Origin: Octopus sinensis
Lineage: Eukaryota
Length of the DNA: 64,000 nt
Reading direction: 5' to 3'
NCBI RefSeq assembly: GCF_006345805.1
Contig: NC_043000.1
Coordinates: 61,504,001-61,568,000, forward strand
Each line of letters opens with the position of its first letter. Positions within the stretch are counted from its first letter, which is position 1. The notes under the pieces are model-generated. The model made no database searches. It saw only the letters and a program-made list of their open reading frames with translations, and was not told the DNA's origin. Of the stretch, positions 24,446 through 37,289 are shown piece by piece. A program made the translations under genes and the position numbers.

Positions 24446-24899
24446 ATATATATATATATATATATATTCATATATATACTCTCAAAGTCACTGACCTGGT
24501 GAAGTGCGAGTACACACCTACGGCTGGATCATATTTATTTACATGATTATATGATATGGAAAACTCTGCAACAAATAGCTGTTACCAATGCATAGAAGCA
24601 ATTGTGTTTTGTGATTAAAGCCTGTTCATTTCATCTTCTTGCTTTTCATAAATACTTGTGTGTGTGTGTGAGTGTGTGTGTGTGTTTGTGTGTGTGTGTG
24701 AGTGAGTGTATTTGTATGTCTATACTCTAATACGCTATTTAACTATTCCACTAATTTCCGTATGTTCCCAAAAATACGATAACAATTATTAATATTAGAT
24801 CAGATAAACTACTCGGTTTTAATCTATACTTGAATAATTGATGGTCGTCTAAACTACTGGCGTAACTACTTGTATGTGTGGGACAGTCCTACAAATGCA

Positions 24900-25930
24900 C
24901 GATGTATATGCTAGACTGATTCTAAACAAATCCCATTCGAGTAATTGTCAATGGTTTATTCAATAACACTTCAACTAGATCTGTTTTTGTGTATCCTATC
25001 GCCAATATAACAGCTTCTGCTCTTGTTGACCAGTTAACAGTATATCCTCTCAAACCTACATCTTGAACACTCATCGATAAATGCATCGATAAATGTGTAG
25101 GGTCATAACGGAATTTTTTTTCCAATATTTTCCTGCAAAAATTGCTCTACAAATAATCAAGCCGAACGTCAACCGCACTTGCTGGGAGCCTGTAATTAAA
25201 AATATTGTAGCTAATGAGACTTCATCCTGTTGACTTAATACAAACGAATTCTAATACTGATTTAAATGTTTTGCACTAGGCCAGCAATTTTGAGTGAAGG
25301 CATAAGTCGATTACATCGACGCCAGAGTTCAACTGGCACTTGTATTTATTGACCTCGAATGGATGAAAGACAGAGTCGACCCCGACGAAATTTGAACTCA
25401 GAACGTGCAAGCGGACGAAATGCCGCTAATCATTTCCAGCAGTGTACTAACGATTCTGCTAGCGCGCCGCCTTAAACAATTCTGTTATTGAGATTGGTTT
25501 ATTTTCCTTGTGCAAAATAGATAAGATTGGATGAATCCTACGAACATCGCTTTATCGAATGTTTTTATCTTACTATGTCCTACTACTCTTAGCTCCTTTA
25601 TTTTTAGCTTTGGCTGCCCTATTCCGACAGTTATGACGGTACAGAGGTTATATTCCTTCTGCACCATTCCTTATTATTTTTGGCATCATTTTCAAACACT
25701 GATTCCATTCTTTTGTGTAATTGAATAGTTGTATACAGAAGATAAAATGTTGAATATGACGCTATAGTTATGTATTTCATACTGTTTTGATACATAGCTG
25801 GTTCTTCGTATAAGATCTGGCATAAGTATGTTAATTTTGGCAGGTTCCGACATCTTCACTAACTTTTCTATCAATAGTTTATTAGCTATGAGTTTCCTGT
25901 AATGTGGGTGTGGTGTTTGTTCATACACTA
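24900..25930 (-). mobile_element. Probable hAT-superfamily transposase relic interrupted by a SINE
   Basis: WSTRAEAVILAIGY..LVEVL resembles the hAT TRWS.R..AV motif; the upstream piece is only weakly similar. Confidence 0.4.
25283..25473 (-). mobile_element. SINE family A
   Basis: gtcgattacatcgac...aaatttgaactcagaacgt...ctaacgattctgctagcgcgccgcc. Confidence 0.85.
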
Positions 25931-26049
25931 CTCTTCTCGAGTATTTACTATTACAAAATTATAGTCTAACAGACTAGACTTGAGATGTATGATAAAATAC
26001 TTTGCAATATAATTACAATATAATTATCCTTTCTTCTATAGACACACGG

Positions 26050-26240
26050 CCTGATAATTTATGGGAAGGTATAGTCGATTATATCAATCCGAGTGCACGA
26101 CGGGTACTTATCTCACCGTCATTGAAAGGAAGACACGCGAAGTCGACCTGGTTGGAAATTGAATGCAGAAGAGAAAGACAGGTAAAATGCTTCTAAGTAG
26201 TTTGTCGGCGTGATAACAATTCTGCCGGGTTGGTGGCTTG
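26050..26240 (-). mobile_element. Old SINE family A relic
   Basis: gtcgattatatcaatcc...ggtacttat...aagtcgacct...aacaattctgccgg; diverged. Confidence 0.6.
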
Positions 26241-26302
26241 CTATGGCAAAATAATAATAGTCTGTCAGTACTGTTGATATTTGGTGGCATTTGGCTTCTG
26301 CA

Positions 26303-26329
26303 CTATCTATCTATCTATCTATCTATCTT

Positions 26330-26401
<72 letters not shown>

Positions 26402-26469
26402 CATAGCATTATGGAAGTCACACACACACACGCGCGTACACGCACATACATACACACGTGATGGAGCAG

Positions 26470-26504
<35 letters not shown>

Positions 26505-26564
26505 ATATATATTATATATATATATATATATGTATGTATATATATTATATATATATATATTATA

Positions 26565-26606
<42 letters not shown>

Positions 26607-26640
26607 GTATGTATATATGTATACGCACACACACAACCAT
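26303..26640. repeat. (ATCT)n and (TA)n microsatellites
   Basis: Direct reading. Confidence 0.95.
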
Positions 26641-26647
26641 ATATACA

Positions 26648-27359
26648 CAGGATGACCCATAAGACACTGATGGGGTTCAATTTTTTATAACTTCCTTAAC
26701 TTTACAAATAAATCCATGAAACTTTGATATAATATAAAGGACATAATGGAAATTAATATGCATAGGTCAAATTTGCAACACCACTACATCACATACGAAA
26801 AATGACTTTGATTAAATGGCAGCCATTTTCGGTGTCGCACCTCCGTGCTCTTCCCAAAACTTGCACCACAAGACCCTCAGACCCCACTTCGTTGATTTCT
26901 GAATTGATGTTCTACTTCAGTTGCACTAGGGTCTCCGATTTGTTGACGTAAACCATCTCTTTCAGGTATCCATGATGGAGACCTTTTCGTGCTCAGCCAT
27001 TCAAAGTAGACATCCCACATGGTCCCAGCAAGGTGGGGCAACTGCTCATACCGCAAGAGAGACAATGCAGTTGCTACGGCAGTGCTTTGGAGAGAGAATA
27101 ATCTCCCGTTACGGTAATGTCAACTGTACTTCACATTTCCCAGACTTAACTAGCCTGGATGTTTTCTTGTGGAAATACCCGAAAGAGAGGGTTTATGTCA
27201 ACAAACCGGAGATGTGATGTAATGAGGTGGTGTTGCAACATTTGACTTGTACGAATTTATCTCTAATACGTCCTATAGTGCACCAAAATTTCATGCATTT
27301 ATTTGTAAAGTTAAGGAAGTTATTAAAAATTGAAACCTATCAGTGGCTTTTGGAACCCC

Positions 27360-27361
<2 letters not shown>
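26648..27361. mobile_element. IS630-Tc1-mariner (DD41D/Visitor-like) relic made of two opposed 3' ends
   Basis: Plus strand: WSQQGGATAHTARETM..LRQCFGERIISRYGNVN...PDLTSLDVFLWKYPKERVYVNKP. Minus strand: GYLKEMVYVNKSET...RARRC...NGCHL. Terminal inverted similarity of ~150 bp; TA-rich flanks. Confidence 0.85.
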
Positions 27362-27407
<46 letters not shown>

Positions 27408-27424
27408 GTATATATATATACATA

Positions 27425-27811
27425 CATACATAAAGCTGAAGTTGTCTGTGTATGGCAGATTTGGTAGCCTTCAACAAACACTATCTCCTCCGAGACCCTG
27501 CGGCGCAAGTTGACCGAAATTGAGAGTATGTTAGAAGAAGGCTTGCTCTTCCTTCCGTAGAAGGTAAAATTCAAATCGGACCATGTTAACACCAAAAATT
27601 ACTTACATCAAAAAGGTGCATCTTTTCTATGAAAATCCCTATTTATTACGATTTTTTTACTGCTGTGTCGCCATTTTTCCGTGTATTTCAACCAGAAAAA
27701 TGTTCACTTAAAGAGAATAACAGGCTACATAATGCAAATGTTTTTCTTTTCCAAAATTCCGATTCTAAAGTGTGGAAACAAACCCGAGCAACGCCGGGCG
27801 ATACTGCTAGT
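27425..27811 (+). mobile_element. Non-autonomous Helitron-like element
   Basis: 3' hairpin cccg-a-gc-aac-gc-cggg (27783-27798) followed by CTAG-T (27807-27811); 5' end emerges from a microsatellite as ataaagctgaagttgtctgtgt. Confidence 0.65.
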
Positions 27812-27834
27812 ATATATATATATATATATTTGAA

Positions 27835-28205
27835 TTTTAGACTGTGGCTTTGCTGGGGTAGCGCTTTGAATAATTTTAGCCAAAGAAATTGACCCAGGTA
27901 CTTATTTTTTAGAGCTTGGTACTTAATTTAAGTGTCTATTCTTCTGAACTACTATATAACGTGTGTGCAAACGTGAGGTGTTGGAGGAAAAACACAGACA
28001 AGCAAACACACACACAGCGCGCGCGCGCACACGCACAAACTCATATGACATATACGAAGGGGCCTCATTCAGTTTCTTTCGGCCAAATCTATTTATAGGC
28101 TCAACCAGAGACTATAGTTGAAGTGACTTGCCCGTGTAGTGGCACTGGACTTGAACCATATGGTTAAGAAGCAAACTTTTTATTATACAGCTGCGATTAC
28201 GCCTA
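27835..28205 (-). mobile_element. Old SINE family B relic
   Basis: gacccaggtacttat, ttcagtttc, gtgacttgccc and ttgaaccatatggttaagaagc correspond to family B segments. Confidence 0.65.
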
Positions 28206-28209
28206 TATT

Positions 28210-28240
<31 letters not shown>

Positions 28241-28249
28241 TTACTACTT

Positions 28250-28340
<91 letters not shown>

Positions 28341-28363
28341 TGTATGTATATATATATATATAT

Positions 28364-28399
<36 letters not shown>

Positions 28400-30220
28400 A
28401 GAGAGACTAAATATTGTAAAATTTCGATGGAATATGTATCATAATGAAAATGTCTTAAGACACAAATAATTAACGCTAAATATATTCTTGCCTACAATCA
28501 TATTTAATTAGTATATATAGCGTGCTGAATTCTACCTGTAAAACCATATCAAAAATGACATCTTGGTAACATCCCTTATTCTTTTGACTACATTAAATGC
28601 AATTACAATAGCTCAACACGACATCCAATTCGTTATGGTTTACTACTCCAAAACAAATAGTAAAGACACATTGTGATATTGTTGTCGTTATATTATATTA
28701 TATCTGAAAAAGAAACTTCTGTGATGATAAGAATTTAGGTTATGTTTTGTTGGACTCTGAGGTGCCGAATTACAAGAGATAGATACATTTGATGCAAATT
28801 TGATCAGTCGTTATCTATTAACTAAGTTGATTAGCCTATAAATCGATTTTACACTCAAGACAATTAATACAAATGAGAAACAGCGCTTTCAGTTTAAATG
28901 TACATGAAATCCTTTACGTTAAATAATTGAGTTTTGAAAAGTTGAAGACATGAAACTTGTATTAATCTTGCTTCTTTCATTAGATAACTTGTTTAATTGT
29001 AGGATTGTAATGATGGTGTACATTTGTGAAATGAAATTATTGGAACATGTTGGAATGGTGCTTCATCAGACATTAGGTGTAGTTTAGTTTAATGTAATCG
29101 AAACCTTTTAAACAGGTTTTGTGCAGCAGTTTCTCTGAACAACTATGAAGTCCAAGAATGTTATTACTATTATAGGGAGGATTAAAATACAACATACAAT
29201 TCTTTTTATTTCTATTTAAAGTTTTACGAAGAAATTAATTATGTTCATAAATTGTATATATACGGATTTAAAACTGATATGTAAAAAATTGTTAGCGGAA
29301 ATTGTTTTGCATTTTCAAATAACCAACTTTTAAGCTATTTAGCCATTGAGTTTAGCATTTCTTGTGAGACGCCATTTCCTCAGAAGCGTACAATAATGAG
29401 GAAAGTATGTAAATTTTCAGAAAATATTTTAGTATGAATCTCTTAATGTCAAGCGATAAGAAAAATCATTCAACATTTCGTTTAAAATTTACTCTATGAG
29501 AAAATAAAATAAAAGAAATAAAAACAAAAATAATAAAAACTCTGAAATGCAATGGTAGTATAAGAGTTAAGGTAATAAAAAAAAATCAATAAACGCGCAG
29601 CATATTCATGATACAAATGTGAAAGAGACGTTTTAGCATAGGAAGAAAAATAGAAGAAACCTTTTACTGTGCTACGTTTGAAGCAAAGCAAAAGCAGCAA
29701 TGATAGATCTGTAAAAGTAAAAAAAAAAAGAAAAAAGATGTTTATGAATATTCATAATCGGTTATTATTTATGTTATATTTTATTGTACACCACAAACTA
29801 AGTGCAACACTGAGCTTTCTTATTCCATAGAATAAAAAAAAGTTCACGAAACATTTCTGTACCTCACGATAAAATTGTAAGAGAAAATCCCCAGTGTGAA
29901 CAGAAAAAAAAAAACTTAATGTTCTGAAACGTTTCGGCGACCGTCTGTTGCATGTAAACTATAATTTCTTTTTAAAAAAAAAAGAAAGAAAAAAAAAGAC
30001 TGCTTTTCATCTAAGGGTGATCTGAAAGAGCATAGCATGACTCTATACTGTCAGCATGTAAGTGTCTGTGTTTAGATGTCAGTTACTTCAGAAATTCTCA
30101 AAAGCAGTGGTTCTGTTTTTTCTTGTTCGTTTTTTATTACAAAAGAGCAGTATTATATTTTGAGTGGATCTTTCGTACTACTGTATTTGCTGAAGATATA
30201 TAAATGACACGACTGCGGCA

Positions 30221-30447
<227 letters not shown>

Positions 30448-31159
30448 CACTTGTATAGACACACATGTAATAATAATTTCACGCATTAGATTGCAACCAT
30501 GCTAAGATGAAGTAGCATGAAATACTGCCTTGGAAAGTGTACCCGAATAAATGACAGCACCACTCCTTTAAAGCCTGGTACTTAACCACTTTTATATAAA
30601 GCGATTGTTGACTGCATTTGTTGCATAATATGCAAGGAGTTAACAGACAAAGATTTGGTCGAGCATCACTGACGTAAAGAAATCCTCATTGACTGGAATT
30701 GTATATAACTGTTGTTTTTCGAGTTGTTAAAAACCTGGCCAGTCATGGCTTAGCAGGATTAAAGTTTGCCTGTCATGAACATCCATTATTTTACTATGCA
30801 AGGGATCGCAACTGCTAATGTACCATTCCATGTATGTATGTATGTATGTATGTATGTATGTATGTATGTATGTATGTATGTATGAATGTTGTAGTGTGGA
30901 ATTCAGGTTAGAACCATCAACGGCGGTCTTTTAAACACATCAACCTGTTTCTTTTGTTGTTCTATCTATCTTGTAAGGAGGCCTATGATTAAATGTATTG
31001 TATCGGTGACCATAACATTCTCTATACAAGACAATATTTTCCTGTATATTATTACCTGTATTAAGTTCGTAGAGTGTGGTTGGAAAGGGATTTGGATGCC
31101 ATTTACTAATTGATGCTCATTTACTAATTGATGCAACAGACACATACACACACACACAC

Positions 31160-31300
31160 ACGACTAGATTCCGCAGTTTTTGTTCACAAAATTCCTTCAC
31201 GAAGGAACTGATCATTCCGGGGTTTTAGCAGACGGCACATGTCCAACATAATGGGACTAACCCGAAACCACGTCATTGCAAAGCTAGCTTCTTAAACACA
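31160..31300 (-). mobile_element. Old SINE family B 5' relic
   Basis: gggactaacccgaaaccacgt...gcaaagctagcttcttaaacacacag. Confidence 0.5.
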
Positions 31301-32132
31301 CAGACATAGAGCTAAAATTATATTTGACGTATTGGATATATAGAGCCCTCATCAATGCTCCATATGCGTTTTCTTTCTTTTTCGTACCAATTTTTTTTAC
31401 AAATGAATTGCTGATTTCTCCACAGTTAAACAGATAGTGATTTTATTTTACTATCTTAAACCTCACTATCGGATCAGGACTGTTCTAATTCACTTGCTAT
31501 GTTAATTCCTAGCTTCCACCAGCATTACACCCATTAAATCAAATATGTGCTTTCCTGTATGGTATTTCGTTTTCTTTTTTTACAGTAGTCCAGATTGCTA
31601 TGGTTACCCCATTATAGGAAAGTTGTATCGAAAAAAACCTTCTTTCAGAGTTGGTGATTAGATTTTGGATGTGTGTAGGCTTTACTATTTTTTCTCTGTG
31701 TGAGTGTGTGTGAGTGTGGGAGGGGGTGTTTGTTCCTGAATCGCAAGGAAATGACCTTCAAGGTGAGATATATGTGTTTATATGTATGTATGTGTAATAG
31801 GAATGTAGGATAGATATGCATGACTAAATATATAGGAATGGGTGGGTTGATATGTATGCATTTGTTTGCATGTATATGTGCATGCATTTGTTTGTATATT
31901 CGTAAGCATGTATTTATTTAATTATGTATGTATAGTTGTGAATATTTATATGTGAATGCTGGAACTTTTTCCTGTTCCTTGTCAGATTTTTAGTCTCATA
32001 AATAGATACTTTGTATATGTTATTACTAAGTGTTGAAAATATACTTCAGATAAAAGATATTGGATGGTTTCTCACAGTTTAAATTCGCATACACGCACAT
32101 GAGCATGTGCGTATACATATGTGTGTGTATAT

Positions 32133-32187
<55 letters not shown>

Positions 32188-32315
32188 CATATGTGTGTGT
32201 ATATATATATATATATATATGTATGTGTATATATATATATATATATGTTTCTACAGCCTATATATATATATATAGGCTTCTACATGAGCATGTGCGTATA
32301 CATATGTGTGTGTAT

Positions 32316-32371
<56 letters not shown>

Positions 32372-32377
32372 TACATA

Positions 32378-32408
<31 letters not shown>

Positions 32409-32419
32409 GTATGTAACGG

Positions 32420-32785
32420 GAAGCTTTATGAAAATAGACAAAAGACGAAGGCAGGTGGAAAACAAACAAACAATTGTATTAGTATGGCGCTCAGGAAATA
32501 TAAATAAAACAAGTCTTTAACGTTTCGAGCCTACGCTCTTCAACAGAAAGATACACAGAGAGAAAAAAAACACAGAAAGAAGGAGAGGAAAAAAATGCGT
32601 GCAGTAACTAACGAATCAACATGGCGATCTGATTTCGGCCAGAGGTCAAAGATCAAACATGAGACGCGAGAGCGAAATAAGGGGAGATAATAGGGTTGAT
32701 AATAGGGTTGAATGACCAGCTATTAGTGCGTAGGACAGGTCTGGACGTGTGTATGTATAGGGTTGGTGTATGTATTAGTATGTAT

Positions 32786-32824
<39 letters not shown>

Positions 32825-32890
32825 AGAGAGTATTAGTGCGTAGGATAGGTCTGGACGTGCGTATGTATGGGGTTGGTGTATGTATTAGTA
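32420..32890 (-). mobile_element. PLE pLTR-like / retrozyme-like remnant with hammerhead and an internal ~60 bp duplication
   Basis: Hammerhead fold at 32514-32551; tattagtgcgtagga.aggtctggacgtg... is repeated at ~32720 and ~32830; similar to 15250-15445. Confidence 0.6.
32514..32551 (-). ncRNA. Minimal type I hammerhead ribozyme candidate, A6U core variant
   Basis: Minus strand: TCTTT-CTGTTGA-A-GAGC(gtag)GCTC-GAAA-cg-TT-AAAGA. Perfect stems I and II, palindromic ACGT stem III, GUU triplet. Confidence 0.65.
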
Positions 32891-33000
32891 TATATATATA
32901 TATGTTTCTACAGCCTATATATATATATAGGCTTCTACAGCCTATATAGGTTTCTACAGCCTATATATATATATGAATTTGTATGTATATTTAGGGGAAA

Positions 33001-33068
33001 TTTCGAACCTGGGTTTTTTCGATATTGGGGTTAGTAGCTCGCGCTCTTAACCACTATGCCATATGCCC
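33001..33068 (-). other. tRNA-like segment (SINE head or PLE-associated), not a functional tRNA
   Basis: A box tggcatagtgg, an anticodon-like loop ct-ACT-aa and B-box-like ggttcgaaa; no intact acceptor or T stem. Confidence 0.6.
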
Positions 33069-33094
33069 GTAGGCAATTATAGAGTGAATTTTAG

Positions 33095-33410
33095 GGCTTA
33101 TAAATCTAATATTTTCCTATCCTTCCTTAATACTGGTTCCCATATGCTGTTTATATCTGCACTCGGTCTGCTTAGGGGGTTGTTGTGTTCTAGCATATGT
33201 GCTGCCTCTTTTAGTTTTCGTATTTTCCAGTGGTGTTCTTTGTCTAATATTTTAATTTCATCTAACAGGGGAAGGTGGTCTCCATTTTTCGATACATGAT
33301 CAGCTATATCCGATTTATCAATATCTCCTCGTGTCACAGCTTTGCGATGTTCGTCTGCCCTTATTTTGAGGGAGCGGCATGCTTCGCCTTTGTATAACCC
33401 ACTACAGCGC
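33095..33410 (-). mobile_element. Penelope-like GIY-YIG endonuclease C-terminal fragment
   Basis: CSGLYKGEACRSLKIRADEHRKAV..G...S.IADHV...DH.P..DEIKILDKE.HWKIRKLKEA.HM; 5' end truncated at (CA)n. Confidence 0.88.
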
Positions 33411-33699
33411 ACGTGTGTGTATGTGTGTGAATTATATAGGTGAATATTTGTTTATGTAGACACCATGGGGTCTGAAATGAAGTTAACTTTCTTTTATTTA
33501 CGAAACTATGAAACCATGTGTGCGCACATATACATACACACATACACAAATACTAACACACATACATACTAAACGAATACAGACACTCATTCATTTGCAC
33601 ACCCTCTCCTATATTTCTGAGTGTTATAGAGTTATTTGGATATACTGATGTTATTTGGATTTGGTGTCGCTAAGTTATTAATTATTTGAGATATATTAA

Positions 33700-33840
33700 T
33701 GCGGCGAGCTTGGAGAAGTGTTAGCGCGCCATACAAAACATTAGTGGTATTTCATCGGTCTTTAGGTTCTGAGTTGAAATACCTTCAATGTTAATTCCAC
33801 GTTTCAACCTTTCGGGGTTGATGAAATAAGTGCCAGGTGA
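33700..33840 (+). mobile_element. SINE family A, diverged
   Basis: gcggcgagct...gttagcgcgcc...ttctgagttgaaa...cctttcggggttgat.aaataagtgccag. Confidence 0.75.
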
Positions 33841-33844
33841 AGCT

Positions 33845-34010
33845 TGATGTCGATGCACCTAGAAAGTTACCCTCCGAAAGCGTGGGCAAGGTTGTTTATG
33901 GAAAACCAGCAGTCGCCCATGCATACCAGCCTCCCCTCTCCTTGCCACCGATGGTATCCAAGGGAAATGCAAAGGGCGATACAGCTTGGCACCAGTGACG
34001 CCACAGCTCA
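33845..34010 (-). mobile_element. SINE family C, 3' half
   Basis: Reverse complement of 23290-23450 (cagcagtcgcccatgcatacc, tatccaagggaa, cagcttggc). Confidence 0.85.
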
Positions 34011-34187
34011 TTTATTAACGTGCAAGTAGCCGAGCATTTCACAGACACCTGTACCCTTAACGTAGTTCTCGGGGAGATTCAAGGTGACACAGAGTGTGAC
34101 AAGGCTGGCCTTTTGAAATACAGGTACAACAGAAACAGGAAGAAAGTGTGAGAGAAAGTTGTGGTGAACGAGTACAGCAGGGTTCAC
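34010..34187 (-). mobile_element. SINE fragment related to family D
   Basis: gagagaaagttgtggtgaacgagtacagcaggg is the reverse complement of ccctgctgtactctttcgctacgactttctctc at 40067-40099; the tail differs. Confidence 0.7.
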
Positions 34188-34189
34188 AA

Positions 34190-34568
34190 TCTTAATTGAG
34201 AAATAAAACAAACTATGCTGGATCAGAGATATAGCATGCCCAGCTGACAACAAGGTATGCGATAAGGAAGAAAGAAAAGTCGAGAGATATGACAGGTTAG
34301 CTTGGGAAGTTAAGCAGTTATGGTCGATGAAAAAGGTAGCAGTAGTACCAATAATTGTCGGAGCCCTGGGAACAGTGAGCAAAAATCTCGAGAAGTACGT
34401 GGAACAAATAGGGGCTGCAATAAGGGTGGAAAACTTGCAGAAAACAGCACGGCTTGGAACCGCTCGAATACTCCGGATGGTGCTCGAAAAATAAGAGGTG
34501 TTACCTTCGTTCACTGGTAGTGAACCGCTTACACTGTAATATATGTCCAGCGTTAGAAACTGTGCAAA

Positions 34569-34570
<2 letters not shown>
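34190..34570 (+). mobile_element. R4/Dong-like non-LTR retrotransposon 3' end (restriction-like endonuclease)
   Basis: IRDIACPADNKVCDKEERKVERYDRLAWEVKQLWSMKKVAVVPIIVGALGTV...LQKTARLGTARILR; the 3' UTR runs into (TAA)n. Confidence 0.88.
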
Positions 34571-34644
<74 letters not shown>

Positions 34645-34672
34645 TAATAATAATGATGATGATAATAATAAT
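34571..34672. repeat. (TAA)n/(TGA)n microsatellite
   Basis: Direct reading. Confidence 0.97.
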
Positions 34673-35545
34673 ACGCTGATGACTGGAAGTTAAAAGTTGT
34701 CTCAAAGGATGAAAACAAGGAAGCATCATACTCAGTAACAAAACAAGCAAAATAATATCTAAGTGAATTCCGAATGCAACAAATTCCAGAATTGAAACAA
34801 ACACAGGAAAAGCTATGAAAACCCGTGCTAAAACAGCTGCCTTAGATATTCTTCCTGATTAATGGCAATGGTAAATACCCAAAGAGAGCCGATGCTGACA
34901 AAACCCTTACCCATCAATGGCTAGTGTCTGCTGGCTTAAAATCAGAAAATGACGTGTTTATCATAGCAGCCCAAGATCAATGCCTACTTACAAGGAACTA
35001 CCAGGCCAACATATTAAAGAACGGCAATAGCCCAACATGTCGTGTATGTAAACAACAAAATGAATCCATTGATCATGTCTCTATGTGAAGTCTTCTTGCG
35101 CCTACGGAATATCTCAACAGGCATGATAAAGCAGCACAGTATATTCACTGGGTAATTTGCAAAAACCCGAACCTACCCCATGATAAAAACTGGTGGGAAC
35201 ACAAACCACCTCCAGTTCTTGAAAATGATCACATCTCACTCCTCTGGAACTCCCCCATTCAAACTGACAGAAATATAGATGCAAATAGGCCAGACTCCAG
35301 ACAAGAATCATGCCTCTTCATTGATATAACTGTCCCAATCGACATAAATCTATCAGTTAAGACCTACCAAAAACTTAGCAAGTATAAAGATCTTGAAATA
35401 AAAATTGTTAAAATGTGGAACCTCAAGACTAAAACAATACCTGTTGTCATAGAGGCCCTAGGAATGATAGCAAAAGGGGCTGATTCCCACCTAGCTCAGA
35501 TACCAGGAAGCCCCAAAATGGTAGAAATTCAAAATATAGTGTTCG
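34673..35545 (+). mobile_element. R4/Dong-like non-LTR retrotransposon fragment (CCHC zinc knuckle + RLE), decayed
   Basis: FIIAAQDQCL.TRNY...PTCRVCKQQNESIDHV...EYLNRHD.AAQYIHW...LLW..PIQTDR.I.ANRPD...KYKDLEI...MWNLKTKTIPVVI.ALG. Confidence 0.92.
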
Positions 35546-36129
35546 TTTATGATGTCTTGACAACTGTGGTTTTATATTCCTTATTTGAGTTTTACTGGTA
35601 TCATAATTCATATTTTACCTATAGCTATATTTGACTAGGAAAACTTAGAGTTCTTTAGCTGGCTTAATAAGCGAATGTATACTATATCATGTCTTTTTAA
35701 TAGACTTTTGTTTGTTGATTATAAAATGTGTTTGTGTGTGTGCGTGTGTGTGTGTGTGGTGTGTGTGTGTTTATTCGTATGAGCCTTGAAATAACTTCAA
35801 ACGTGGGAGATAAAATATATATGTGTAATACGCTTGATCACTAAAATGAGCACCTGTTTACATGTGCCGACTTGCGAACAATCTTCATGAGTTAGATTCG
35901 GAAAACAATAAAAATAGAGTTCAAAGCAGTACGCTATACTGTAGTCACAACAAGGTTTCTGATTGGCAATTACTTCAAAGGGTTGGAGTTGAATCGACAC
36001 TCCACCACTCACACACATTAAAACGCCCATACTGTTCGTGCGCATGCCACGTTCGCAATTGCAGAAAAAATATTTTTTGAAACTCACTACTTTTCACAGT
36101 TAAGTATATACTGAATATCCATATATTGT

Positions 36130-36500
36130 TTCTTGATACAACAGAAAAATTTCTACTTTATGGAGACCTCTCCACCTCATAAACACACATACACACACGA
36201 AAAGAAATGCATTCTGGGGAGAGATATGAAAAAGAGGAGAATTAACAAGATGGTGAGAAGGAGAGAGCAAAGTAGATTAGGAGAGTGGGGGCAAATAGCG
36301 TGTAAAAGAAAGAGAAAAAGAAGCACAGAGGCAAAATGAATTGAGTGGAGAGGATAGAAAATAAACAGAGAAGCGGAGAGAGGGAAATAGTGAGAGTAGG
36401 TCGCAGTTCAAGAAAGCAGAATATTGTTAATGTACGTAAAATACGCAAGTATTTATGACTGAATGAGAAGAAATTCAACAGCGAAGACAAGGAAGGAAAA
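36130..36500. repeat. GA-rich low-complexity tract
   Basis: Direct reading. Confidence 0.75.
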
Positions 36501-36757
36501 GCCATAAAGCACGTGAAATAAATTTAAAATAAACCAGAAGTAGTATTATTAGCAGGTTATCGCAGTATCGATGGTTCAAAGGGAGAGAGCTTAATTAATT
36601 TGAGCTTAATTAATTTGAGGAAATGATGCAATTCAATTCGAGAAAGTGATGAAAATATCACACTAACAAATGATACGAAGACTAATGACGAAAAATACAT
36701 AAAAATGTGATTATGTCAGTATATTATGAAGAGGCAGGACATAATGTACATAAGAAG

Positions 36758-36885
<128 letters not shown>

Positions 36886-37289
36886 ATATTCACATATATA
36901 TGATTATGTATATGTTTAAAGTACAATTCAAATGAATGTAATATGAACTAAGCTAAGATTGATGTATCGCTGAAACCAATTAATATATGCAACTGATTCC
37001 ACAATAACTTATTTTAAGAGACATCATCTGTCTTGCATATCGCAGATGTGACATGTTCTCTCTTAAAATATATTTCAGTGCAATTATATCAAACACTTAT
37101 GTGAGCAGTCTAACGTGAATAGACCTTCTCTGCGGTAACTGCCTCTGGAGAGAAAGTTTCTTAAGCAATATATGTTTTTTTTCTCCGAAGCGTATTAAAT
37201 ATAATTGTACAGCAACAGATATGACCATGAATGTTGGGTAATGACAGAAAGAGTACGATTATAAATATAAGCGACCGAAATGGAGTTAT

